Assembly: GCA_002269645.1 (NCBI GenBank)
Contig: NIVC01000149.1
Location: forward strand, 281,358 to 345,357
Length of the DNA stretch: 64,000 bases
Reading direction: 5' to 3'
Source: Macrostomum lignano
Taxonomy: Eukaryota
Position 1 is the first letter of the stretch; each line of letters starts with the position of its first letter. A program made the translations under genes and the position numbers. This document shows, piece after piece, positions 1-26,198 of the stretch. The notes under the pieces were generated by a model. The model had not been told where the DNA came from, made no database searches, and saw only the letters and a list, made by a program, of their open reading frames with translations.

Positions 1-12465
<12,465 letters not shown>

Positions 12466-13197
12466 GCCAGCCAGGAGGCTTAGAAACTGCTGCTGAGTTC
12501 ACCCGATTAGTCTGTGGCCCAATCTGACTCAGCCAGCGCCATCTCCGCGACGCTGTCTCTTCAAGAAACCGAATTCTGGCCGAAAGTCCAGCCTTACCAG
12601 TGTAGGGCTTTTTAAACACAAAAACACAAACAGGCCGAACCGAACGGGACCTCCGCTCGCTGGGACCGGGCGGACACAGGCAGCAGCAGCCAATCCCACG
12701 AGACACCCTCCAGCGACCGGCCTCGCCGCGGCGTATGGACCATTTCCACCGCCTGTCGATTACCCCCGCCTCAAGGCTTGTTCGCTCCCCATCAATCCAA
12801 TCCATCTCCATCAACTGCCGCCTCCCACTCCTCCCTTGCTCACCCGCCTTCTCTGTTTCACATCTCCCAGTCTGTGTCGCTAGGGGGCTGTGGATGACGC
12901 TCCCCGTATGGATTTCTGTCCGGGGCCTCTCCGCCTCATCTGCCTTCTCCTCCTGGCGCCCCCTGCTTTTCCCATCTCTGTTGATCTGCCGTCTCGGCAG
13001 TTCGGGCGGGGCGGGGGTGACAGCAGGTGGCGAAGGTGGCAGCCTTGAAGAGTTTTTGCACTTCATTGCTTTCAGTAGCACTTACGGATGACAGTGCTTG
13101 CTGCAAGGCGCTTGTGGATGCTCCCTTGTGTTTAAAATTTTCTGCTTTAAAATTTTTAACAACACGGGTGCTTTGAACAGCCCATCTTAAGGTATTG

Positions 13198-13975
13198 AAA
13201 GCAATGGGTCATTGCAGCCATGATGCACTGAAAGCAATGGTCATTGCAGCCATGATGCACTGAAAGCAATGGTCATTGCAGCCATGATGCACTGAAAGCA
13301 ATGGTCATTGCAGCCATGATGCACTGAAAGCAATGGGTCACTGCAGCCATGATGCAATTGAAAGCAATGGGTCACTGCAGCCATGATGCACTGAAAGCAA
13401 TGGGTCATTGCAGCCATGATGCACTGAAAGTAATGGGTCACTGCAGCCATGATGCACTGAAAGTAATGGGTCACTGCAGCCATGATGCACTGAAAGCAAT
13501 GGTCATTGCAGCCATGATGCACTGAAAGCAATGGTCATTGCAGCCATGATGCACTGAAAGCAATGGTCATTGCAGCCATGATGCACTGAAAGCAATGGGT
13601 CACTGCAGCCATGATGCAATTGAAAGCAATGGGTCACTGCAGCCATGATGCAATTGAAAGCAATGGGTCACTGCAGCCATGATGCACTGAAAGTAATGGG
13701 TCACTGCAGCCATGATGCACTGAAAGCAATGGGTCACTGCAGCCATGATGCACTGAAAGCAATGGGTCACTGCAGCCATGATGCAATTGAAAGCAATGGG
13801 TCACTGCAGCCATGATGCAATTGAAAGCAATGGGTCATTGCAGCCATGATGCACTGAAAGTAATGGGTCACTGCAGCCATGATGCACTGAAAGCAATGGG
13901 TCACTGCAGCCATGATGCACTCACTGAAAGCAATGGGTCACTGCAGCCATGATGCACTGAAAGCAATGGGCCACT
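13198..13975. repeat. 32/33-bp minisatellite (GCAGCCATGATGCACTGAAAGCAATGGGTCACT)
   Basis: About 23 tandem units. Confidence 0.95.
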
Positions 13976-15274
13976 GCAGATCCCGAAGCACCGCAGAGGC
14001 CATACCAAGGCAGCTCATTAATTTCACAGAATCCGCAGTCCCCCGAGAAGCCAAGAAATTAGTATTAATTGCAGCCATTATTACCTCTATAAAATTAATC
14101 ACATTTAAGTGGCCATTTTTGGCGAGCTTCTGACCCCTTCAGGATCTCCCCATTTCTATCACTCGATCATCTCGTCCAGTGGAATGAGACGGGCCTCCTC
14201 CAGTTCTGAGCAACTCCCTAAGCAATCCGTGAGCCATCTGCCTGCCTGTCCCGAGTGCATGCAGCATCTGGCAGATGGAAACGCAGAGGCGATGCAGGAA
14301 GCTGGGTCTGCAGTTACTGAGCTGAGCACTTTCCCTCCTCCATTTTTTATTTTAGGCCAATCTTCGAGCGTCTCCTCTTCCCCAAGTCCCGCCAGATTAA
14401 AAATTCGAATCCCCTTCGCTCAATGATGGCCAGATATTGCTATTGTTATAAAAAATGTACTTTTAGCTGCCCGGCATTCCATTGATTGACGCCGTAATCG
14501 GGGGTTGAGACGGAACTAAGCACGGAGTTGGCCTCCATTGGCAGTCTGCATGCGGCCTTCAATCCCAATTAAAAAGGATGCAATTCAAAACCAAGTAAAA
14601 GTGGATAAATTTTGAGTTTAACCCATGGCGGGCCGCGGCAGTGATGAAGTTGACAGCTGTGAATGACAACAAGAGTGGCGGTCGAAGAATGCGGGTTCAC
14701 CGGGTGCTGTCGCTCTCGTCAAGCTCGGCAACCCCGCTAGCAAAGCCGACGCCAGACACGCAGCCAGCGCCGAACTTGTCGATTTTGACTACTGAATAAT
14801 TTACGCCGACAAATATAAAGTGGAACTGATTGAGGAGGGAAATATCGTCCTCATCAAACTACTTATAGTAGAACTGCATATTTCTACTACAGAAAAAAAC
14901 GAAATGCTAAAATATAAAAAAATGTCAAGATTCTGACCAGAGAGAGTGCGCTGAGAGCGACAGAGGAAGAGAGGAGGATCAAGGAGGCAGGTGCGCTGCG
15001 GCACAATGGGAGAGTGCACAGCATCCGCGCCAAGTCTCATCTTTCTCAGCTGAGCTCAGCCCAAGCAAGATTGGAGGCCGCCGTGCATTATTGAATAGCC
15101 CCCTGCTGGCTGAGAATCTGTACTAAAGTTCTAAGGCCTCAAGCAGCTACATATATCGGCAGGGTAAATCCTTCAGCTGCGACCTGTCTCCCCTGCCCAA
15201 GAATTTTGGAGGCTTGCAGATTCTCCTCTCTGGGGGGGGGAGAGGCAAAGCCATAAAGTCATAAAAAGTAGTCC

Positions 15275-15289
15275 GTTGTCAATGGCAAC
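15275..15289. promoter_or_regulatory. RFX X-box upstream of the TEX26-like gene
   Basis: GTTGTC-AAT-GGCAAC fits the X-box consensus GTNRYC-N0-3-RGYAAC and lies about 190 bp upstream of the ATG. Confidence 0.6.
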
Positions 15290-15475
15290 GACCCACGCCC
15301 ATGCCGGACTGGGAGAGGTGGCACGGGCCTGTCGGAGCGGAGCTGGGGGCAGGCGGGGCGGGGGGAGGCTGCAGTATTAATATCACCTGGGCTGCCCGCG
15401 CCTCTTCCATTCATTGAGCAGCAGCAACTGCCTGCTAGGCTTTAGCATCTGTCAACTCCAACCCCAAGCGCCGAC

Positions 15476-16326
15476 ATGTTCACAGACGACGACGCCGAGA
15501 TGCAGGCGCGAATCCGGCAGGCCCTGAGGTCGCAGCTGGTCAGCACCTACGGCAGCGACTTTCTGTCGCCGGAGGCCTGCCGCGAGAAGGCGGCGGAGCT
15601 GCGCAGTCAGCAGACGACAACCCGGGGAGCGCAGCGGCAGCCGGATGGCAGCGTGATGCGAACCGACTACCGGAACTTCGGGGACCGGCCACGGGAGCTG
15701 GTGAACTCGAAAACCCGGTGAGAAAACTCCGAAAAGCTGCAGGCCCCCTTAGTCGAATTGCCGATATGTAGCGAAAAAAACTTTGTAAAGCGTAAATTCA
15801 AAGGAGCTTTAAAGTTGCAGGGATGGCAGCCTGGATGGAGCCCCCCCCCGAGTCGAATTGCCGATATGTAGCGAAAAAAAACTTTGCAAAGCGTAAATTC
15901 AAAGGAGCTTTAAAGTTTCAGGGATGGCAGCCAGGAAGGAGCCCCAAGGAGCCTCAAGGATTCAAAGTAGTCCTTGAGAATACCTTCTTCAGCATGATTG
16001 TTGCGTAAAAATGCGCCTAGGTCCCTTGTTAATTTTTTTTAACTGCTATCTAATTGGTTTTCCAATCCATTCCCATCAGCTTCGGCGCCAGGGACAGCCA
16101 GGTGCCCAGATACCAGAGCGGAGTGCTGCCCAAGGAGGCGGTGAGCGCGGCTTACCTGAGCGGCCCCGGCGCGGCGGGAGACGCGGCCACCACCTACAAG
16201 GAGGAGATCAGCGGGCCGGGCGGGGCGCGCGTGGCGTCCGGCGGCCAGCAGCAGCAGCGGGAGCCGCAGCCGCGCCGCTGGAAGCAGGCCCAGTGGGAGG
16301 GTCCGGTGGGCCCAGTGAAAAACTGA
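15476..16326 (+). CDS. TEX26: TEX26-like ciliary/flagellar protein, about 162 aa, 2 coding exons
   Basis: Exons 15476-15717 (donor CG|GTGAGA) and 16080-16326 (acceptor TTCCCATCAG|C) join in phase 2. Codons are GC-rich and the Kozak context is GCCGACATG. Blocks QALRSQLVSTYGSDF, QPDGSVMRTDY, TRFG...SGVLP and ATTYKEE resemble the C-terminal half of TEX26 as I recall it (not searched). The gene model is more certain than the name. Confidence 0.6.
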
Positions 16327-17100
16327 CGCACTGACTGACCGGCCCTGCTGACAGACTTTATCTGACGTTTTCTCAATTCCTTGCTTCCGTCTTTCCTTGC
16401 CCTGTCGCCTTGCGCTTTTTTTAAAAATCAAGTCTTCTAGGAGAGGAAACCAGTTGATGGGCACCAGAAAAGCAATATTAAAACCTTTTAGCTCGTAGCA
16501 TTGAAAATCAATCCTATATACTATAAGTAAAACGCAGCGGAAGAATTATTGAAATATAAAAAATTCCTACAAATGAAATACTACTAAAAGTAACAAAGAT
16601 TGCTTAAAATTTTGCAAGTTTTATTTTGTTTAAATTTTTACTCACTTGCTCTGACTGTTTTCCGATTGCTTTAAACTTGTTTATTGGCTCATTCGCCTCC
16701 CCCTGGAAAATTGTTTTGAGTAGTCATTAAAATCATTTGCCAGTAAAGCGGCATATTGTACTACAGTAGTATATTATGGCTAGTACTCGTATATTTATAA
16801 CGGAAGAAAACAAAGAGTTGAATAGAAATTATTGCTCAAATATTTGTTACAAAAATAATTAGGGAAGCGTGAACTGATTATTTAAAGACAATAAATTTCC
16901 TAGCAAGATGATAGTTCTATCATAGCAGAAAGACGAGATCAATAAATTAGAGTGACAGGCTCCTACTGATTACTTTAAGTAGTTGGAAATACATTTTTAG
17001 AAATTCTAACAGTTGTACATGTAGTTGAGAGTAACGGCCAGTCTGGCGAGTATAAACTGAGAAGGCGATGCTTGTTAATTTAAGACGTTTCTAAGAATCG

Positions 17101-19061
<1,961 letters not shown>

Positions 19062-19069
19062 GATTTTCT

Positions 19070-19385
19070 GCTGTGGCTGCTGCTCTGGGGTGTCCGGTGC
19101 TGTGGCTGCTCTGGGGTGTCCGGTGCTGTGGCTGCTGCTCTGGGGTGTCCGGTGCTGTGGCTGCTGCTCTGGGGTGTCCGGTGCTGTGGCTGCTGCTCTG
19201 GGGTGTCCGGTGCTGGCTGCTCTGGGGTGTCCGGGGCTGTGGCTGCTCTGGGGTGTCCGGTGCTGGCTGCTCTGGGGTGTCCGGTGCTGCAGCTGCTCTG
19301 GGGTGTCCGGTGCTGTGGCTGCTGCTCTGGGGTGTCCGGTGCTGTGGCTGCTGCTCTGGGGTGTCCGGTGCTGTGGCTGCTGCTC
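19070..19385. repeat. 20-26-bp minisatellite (GCTGCTCTGGGGTGTCCGGTGCTGTG) directly upstream of the CCDC177-like ATG
   Basis: About 13 units ending 9 nt from the start codon. Confidence 0.95.
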
Positions 19386-20111
19386 CTGCACTCTTGGCTA
19401 TCTATCTGCTATTGTTTGTGCCGCAGCTTCTCTACTGCATAGCCTGGCTTAATAAACGAAAGGTGAGAAACTGGACTCACTCTCTCAAAGAAGACTCTTG
19501 CTTTCGTCAGATTTGGCCTCGCATCTTTCTTCTATAAGGTAGCCGCAGATATATAGAGAAGAGTGTAGCGGGGTTGGGCTAAAGCACTTGGCAAACAGAA
19601 CAATTTGCAGGGTAAGTGCAGTCAGATGGAGAAAAGACTGGCTATGCAGAGGTAGGAGAGACAGAGAGAGCTCAGCGATATTGTCAGGCCTAGGGCTGGG
19701 GCCGCGGTTGGTTGAAAACTCATAGCTCTGAGCATGTTCTCCATTCTCAGCGTGAGCTCCAATGCGCACTGGCTTGTTCCTGGGGGCAGAGGATGAAGAG
19801 AGCTGCATGGCAGAGACGGGATAGCCAAGTAGGCAGGGAGAAGGAAGCTGGACTCAAAAGCAGAGGAATGCAATGCGATCACGGGGAAGCTGTAAAAGTC
19901 GTGTCCCAACTGTGTCAATAAAGTTTGCCGGGCCCAAAACCAGGAACCAGGGAACAGCTTTCAGTTCCGTAAATGATTCATAACTTCCTGATCGATCAGC
20001 AGTGCCAATGAGAAACGAATCAGCAGGCTGCATGATACTCTTCATGTGTTGGCAGTGCTTACAGTTTACTGACTAATTTATATGCATTGCGCGCAGACCG
20101 GCCCCTCAGCT

Positions 20112-20951
20112 CAGGGGTATCGCCATAGATTTTATGATGGGGGACAAAGCCAAGAATTATACATGACTAAATTCCTACATTATTTCGGGAATTGGTGCCG
20201 TTAGCACTCATTTTGGCGCCGCAGGCACTCATTTTAGCGCTGCAGGCACTTAATTCAGCGCCACAAGCACACATTTTGGCGCCGCAGACAGGCACTCATT
20301 TTGGCACCACAGACAGACACTCATTTGGCGCTGCAGACTCGACAGTCATATGGCGCCACAGAAAGACACTCATTTGGTTCCGCAGACTTGACAGTCATAT
20401 GGCGCCACAGACAGACACTCATTTGGCGCCGCAGACTCGACAGTCATATGGCGCCACAGACAGACACTCATTTGGCGCCGCAGACTCGACAGTCATATGG
20501 CGCCACAGACAGACACTCATTTGGCGCTGCAGACTCGACAGTCATATGGCGCCACAGACAGACACTCATTTGGCGCCGCAGACTCGACAGTCATATGGCG
20601 CCACAGACAGACACTCATTTAGCGCCGCAGACAAATATTTTGGCGCCGCAGACTCGACAGTCATATGGCGCCACAGACAGACACTCATTTAGCGCCGCAG
20701 ACAAATATTTTGGCGCCGCAGACTCGACAGTCATATGGCGCCACAGACAGACACTCATTTGGTTCCGCAGACAAATATTTTGGCGCTGCAGACTCGACAA
20801 TGATTTGGCGCCGAAAGCGCTTTATTTTAGCGCCCTGTTGCAAAATTATTGTTTTCATAACGGGTCACCAGGTAGGGGGTGGGGAAAAAATAGCTTTTAC
20901 TGGGTGGACATGCCCCTCCACCCTGTCCCAACCCCGGTGGCGACGCAACTG
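20112..20951. mobile_element. hAT-type non-autonomous element (MITE) with an internal minisatellite
   Basis: Perfect 8-bp TSD CCTCAGCT at 20104-20111 and 20952-20959. Imperfect TIRs CAGGGGTATCGCCA / TGGCGACGCAACTG. No coding capacity. Confidence 0.85.
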
Positions 20952-22239
20952 CCTCAGCTGTGAAACACCCAAGTGCCTAAAAACCCTCATCATGTTGGCC
21001 CTGTAGGATTGCAAGCAGACCGCAAGCTACAGTGTTGACACAATCCAGTTAAACTTTCTAGCTTAGCACTTTTATATATAAAATTCGAGTTTTATTTATC
21101 ATACGTCGAGCATCTTAATTTTAGAAATAGTTGACTTTAAAACCATAATCATAATAATCATAATTAATTTATTTATTATTACAATTGAAATGGCAACAAA
21201 TCTCTGAGCCACAGAATTCAAAATAACTAATATGTATATTTACCATATAATATAGATATAGATATTCATCAATACCAGCATATGTACGCTCAGCACTCTA
21301 GCAAAGCAAAGGGGGGGAAAAGAAAATTGAGCAAAACTGATGACAACACTTGAAGCTGTGCTGAAGACAAAAATTTGAGAACTTGTTAAGCACACAACCC
21401 GGCGCAGATGGCGAGGCCAAAAGGCAAACAGAAGCGGCTCCACCCCTGGGTTTGAGTTTAACTGGAGAGGCCGGCTAAGGAAATTCAATAGCGTTGCAAG
21501 GGAAATTGCTGCGCCTAGTGTGTATAGTATTAGTAATGCATTTCTTGCATGCAAGGTCGAGCAGTCCGTGGTTCGAGTCCAACAACTGATAAACCAAAAT
21601 CAATCAATTGCGATTCTCCTCACTGACTATTTGAAAAGTAGGCAAAACAGTAAACCATTAAACTTAGAAATAGTATGTGTGGAGGCAAGAATTTTCGTGA
21701 ATTACTATTTATCGTGTTCTCCCGATATGTATAGAAAAACGATATAATTTCTCCGAGTAGGAAGGTTGAAAGGTCAGTGCCGCTATTGCCTATCATAGAA
21801 TCAATAAGAAGCAAAGCAGAGCTGCAAAATAGCATCAAATATTGAGATTGTGGCAGTTTTACGACAAGCAAAGTTTAAATGACTACAGCATTTACTGTTT
21901 CAAGAGTTAAAATTGAAAGCCCTTGCTAGGTAGCACAGTTAAAGACAGCAAATAAAATGAATTTTTTATTGGAGTCTTCAAGCGAATAATGCAATAACAG
22001 CTATGCGAATTCAGTAAAATTCGAATAAAAATTCCCAGACTATGACGTCATTGTCTAGAATGTACCAGCGCGTTTCGGTAATAATTTACTGATATTTCTA
22101 CTTAGTCAGTAGTTGCCAATAGAAAAACTTTTTCTTGGAAAATATTTGAAGGCTATATTTGACTTAACTTTTCGCAAAGATCTTTTTAGGAAATCGTATA
22201 ATTTTAATCCTTTCATCCAGCCCAGCTTAAGACAAATGG

Positions 22240-22425
22240 ATGTCAACTGACCGTTCCGCCGACTCCCCTGAGCAGGCGCACACAATCGCGCGGATAACTT
22301 TATTAATCGTTAGGCATGTACACTTCACTGTGCCCTGGGAGTTGGCCCTCAAGGGTGTTAATTGCACGAGCAGAGAGCCAAGCCAAGATTCCAATTTAAA
22401 ATTTATAACTAGACCGTGCTATTTT
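22240..22425 (-). mobile_element. SINE-like repeat, copy B (partial, inverted)
   Basis: The reverse complement shares AATTGGAATCTTGGCTTGGCTC...GTGCAATTAA...CAGTGAA.TGTA.ATG.CTAAC with 24390-24490. Confidence 0.7.
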
Positions 22426-22569
22426 TGTCTAAAAATGAACTTCTTTATCTCGATTGCACTTTTTCACGCAAACCCCAGCCTTCAAAGATTTTCTAAGAAC
22501 CGCATTTCCCCCTTCTTTTACAGTAAATAAGTGGCCATTGCCACAAATGTGGTCAATTACAAAGCACGG

Positions 22570-23223
22570 TCAGACCCCCGCAGCCAGCTGCCTGGACATC
22601 CTGTCTGTCAACAGCTGATCCAACTGTCGCTCCCGACGCCGAACGCAGCCAAATGCGATTAAGAATAGAAGCAGCGAAGCGCCCTGTGCGACAAAGAACT
22701 TCACCCGTTCACTGGCACTGTTAGCCGGCACCTTCGGCTGGCAGGAAATCCAGGCTGCTGGACAGCCGCTGGAGCCTCCAACGAGACGCTTGAAGCCGGT
22801 GTCAGCGCATGCGGCCGCCATGACGCTGCCGGCAGTCAGCTGACTGGCGACCCGCTGCTCGAATTCGGTGCACGGCTGGCAGGCCTGGCTGGGATAGTCT
22901 GATGCAGCCTGTTGCTGCTGCAGCAATGCGGCGCAGCTTGGGGTTGCTGCGCTGTGTAAATTGCTTGATGCAGCAGGTGCCGATGCGGGGGAGACTGGCA
23001 GAGCAGCTGGCGGTCCAGCGTGCTGCTCATGCTGGTGCTGCATCAGAGTGTCCTCAAGGTAGAGAACGGCAATGCAGAGTCTATGGACAAAATAGGTAAA
23101 TTATACTTTGACTGAATTATTACTTAGATATATGATCGTATGCAAAAAAAGAGTTACTCACATCATTTTCATTAGACTACTAATAGTAGCCATCATAATT
23201 TTCTTAGTGCAGTACTCAATCAT
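22570..23223 (-). CDS. JTB: Jumping translocation breakpoint (JTB) homolog, about 190 aa, 2 exons
   Basis: Exon 23223-23162 (MIEYCTKKIMMATISSLMKM, donor GTGAGT) joins exon 23080-22570 (acceptor TTTTGTCCATAG) in phase 2. The cysteine pattern CQPC...C..TG....C...SC, a TM segment, and the tail RERQLDQLLTDRMSRQL parallel JTB (RQRQLD...KVRKQI). Confidence 0.8.
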
Positions 23224-24304
23224 TTCTTTGCATGCAGTTTAATTGTCCTGTCATAAAATAATGAGCAAAAAGGCATATTATAATTTTTAGTATTGTCATA
23301 GTACAAATAAAACCATTTGTTCTATTTGAGCACCTATACAATACTAGCAATCATCACCCAAGCCCCCTATTGGGAAGGTAACAAAGAAAGGAATAAAAAA
23401 TGAATAAACTACAGGTAGAGTTTGACCTTGTACAGTCACTAAATAGTCTAATCATGCTTATTGGTCTAAGATATCAGAATCCCCTGTGAGCTTTGGCATC
23501 AAAGCCTCTTCTTAAGCATGACTTAACTTTAACTCACTTTGATCTATCTTTAGCTTAGCTTAATAGCAACTCCCAATTGACTCTTGGCATCTCAGCAATC
23601 ACCTCTCAGTCTATAAATGATGAGCTTGGTCATTATTTTAGTATAAATACAAGCTCAACTGGCAACTTAGGCCTTTCAATTCTTTTTTCTTCAGTTTCCT
23701 TCTTTACTAACCATTCATTCAATTTTCAATAATAATTAATTGTCAATTTTGACAATTAGTCTAGATTCAAAATTGAATTAGTACATTTTTTCATAATTCT
23801 TATAATGAATTTGATGAAAAAACTGCTTGACCTTTGCAAATAGCACCTTTTCTTTTATTGAATCCCTTTAGCATTGATCTATTTATTACCTATAGCTATG
23901 ATATATACACTATCAAATGAAAATTTCTAATTGGATAATGCAAGTTTTATGAAAAAATTGAGCCATTTTTATTCTAAAACCAATCATTGTAATAAATACA
24001 AATAAAAGATAAAATAAGCCGAATCATAAAAGATAAAACAAAATTTGAATAAAATAACAATGAAAATATGCTATAATATTAGGCCTAATTCTATCAAGCT
24101 ATATAAGCAATATCCCTATAGTTATTATAGTTATAGCCAATGGCCATTATCATAAACAATATTTAATGCAAATAGGTTCCAATCACTTTGTCAATTGCCA
24201 ATAATCTATTATTAACTTATCTACTAAAATATACAAGGTAAACTTATCTGCCAATAGGGCCTAACTTGTCTATTGCCAACTTGTCTACCAATAATACCAA
24301 TTTC

Positions 24305-24600
24305 AAAGGGGGGCTGTTGCCCAGCAGTCTAGTGCAGGCTCTGGTGTGCTAGTGACCTTGGCTTGATTCCAAGTGTAGTCACATTAATTTGAGGCTGAAT
24401 TGGAATCTTGGCTTGGCTCTGCTTGTGCAATTAATGGCCTTGAAAGCCAACCCCCAAGGCGCAGTGAAATGTATATGTCTAACAATAAAATAAAGTTAGG
24501 GCCACTGTATACTCCTGTGTGAGTGTGTGCCTGCGTACATATCTGCATGCTTGTATGCCTGCTTAGGGGACTAGGGAGTCGGCAGTAATGCCTCTTGCTA
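24305..24600 (+). mobile_element. SINE-like repeat, copy C, with a tRNA-like head
   Basis: Begins GGGGGCTGTTGCCCAGCAGTCTAG (A-box-like) and carries GGCTTGATTCC (B-box-like). The body is homologous to copies A and B. Confidence 0.65.
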
Positions 24601-24749
24601 GTTGTGTGCCTATGTTGCTTAAAGTGTGCCAGGGTGCATACAACCCCTGCCTCTAATTAAAAATACCAATTTCAAGAACTTGTGCATTTTTGGATTTTCA
24701 GAAATATTGTTTAAAACATTTTAATTAGGCCTATAATTAAATATGAATT

Positions 24750-26198
24750 GGCAGTGCTTATTTAGCCGGCACCGGCCAAATAAGTTTGCTACTATTTAGC
24801 TGGCAGTCCTGCCCCATTGCCGGTCAAATAAGCTCGTCACTATTTAGCTGGCAGTCTTGCCCCATTGCCGATCAAATAAGCTCGTCACTATTTAGCCGGC
24901 AGTCCTGCCCTACTGCCAGTCAAATAAGCTTGTCACTATTTAGCCGGCAATCCTAGCCCCCAATGGCCACGCCATTATATATATGGCAATGCTTATCCTC
25001 ACGGTACCATAGGAATAATTTTTGTCTTATTCCACCTATACCATGGGGATAATTTTCTGCTTATCCGCACGGCACATAGACGAGATAGCTGCCCCATCTT
25101 CTACATATGCCGTGGGAATAATTTTCTGCTTATCCGCACGGCACATAGACGAGATAGCTGCCCCATCTTCTACATATGCCATGGGAATAATTTTCTGCTT
25201 ATCCGCACGGGTGAATTGTTGAAGCAATGCAATAATCTATACAAACAAATTGAGAACTTACATGTCTAGTAAGAAGTCTACAGAAGCAGCAGCAATGGAC
25301 TTTTCGGGGATATTGGGATTAGACTAGTTGCTAAAAGTTTTTAAATTGTAAACAATTACTAGAGCAATTCATCTTAAATCATACGTCATAAATACAAAAA
25401 AGTGTTTTTTTGCGTAAAAAGGCCATTAAATCTTTACTTCTATAAAAATAATGGCCAAGCAAAGTTATGTTGTTATACTGCACTCAAACTGTAAGTACTA
25501 AACTAAATTATGAACCCACGGCATATGTAGAAGATGGGGCAGCTATCTCGTCTATGTGCCGTGCGGATAAGCAGAAAATTATCCCCACGGTACCGTTGGA
25601 ATAAGACAAAAATTATTCCTACGGTACTGTGGGGATAAGCACTGCCTTAATTTATTCAAGATATTTAAACTTTGGGCAATACAAAGTAGGTATAGCAAAT
25701 ATAAATCAATGCAGATTCAGTACAATTTATTACTTGCCTTCAAGTTTGTTTAATTGTTTCAATGTTTCTGGAAGTCTTGCATATTTCGGAAATTATTTGT
25801 ACACAATTGTAGCAGCAGAAGAGTGAAGACACACAAACAAATTAAAAATTAATCATGCATGTTTTACTTTCACTTTAATCTCTAAATCAAAAACACTCAT
25901 TAAAGCCAAAAAACCACTGCAAACACCTTTATTGAAAAACTCCAAAATTGTAGTATAAATAATTAGCTCGTAGTATGTTAAATTATTAATTTAAGGTCAT
26001 GATGAGCAGTGCGCAGTTATAAAATGTATTTTGACCAGCGTGGCCATTGGGGGCCAGGATTGCCGGCTAAATAGTGATGAGCTTATTTGACCAGCAGTGG
26101 GGCAGGACTGCTGGCTAAATAGTGACAAGCTTATTTGACCAGTGCCAGCTAAATAGTAGCGAACTTATTTAACCGGTGCCGGCTAAATAAGCACTGCC
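24750..26198. mobile_element. Mutator/foldback-type non-autonomous element
   Basis: Perfect 9-bp TSD ATATGAATT at 24741-24749 and 26199-26207. Long TIRs at 24750-24972 and 26038-26198 are built from 48-bp subrepeats and start GGCAGTGCTTAT. Confidence 0.9.
24985..25646. mobile_element. Second TIR element nested inside the Mutator-type element
   Basis: Inverted arms at about 24985-25210 and 25516-25646, with a 69-bp subrepeat in the left arm. Termini are GGCAATGCTTATCC / GGATAAGCACTGCC. The TSD is at best degenerate (TATATATAT vs TTAATTTAT). Confidence 0.75.

Noticed and set aside
14641-14795. Box C/D snoRNA (GTGATGA ... CTGA)
   Set aside because: No terminal stem and no recognisable rRNA-antisense element; the boxes alone are too common.
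19062-19391. In-frame repeat-encoded N-terminal extension of the CCDC177-like protein
   Set aside because: The repeat strand has almost no T, so it cannot contain stops. It starts at GTG, and the open frame is trivial.
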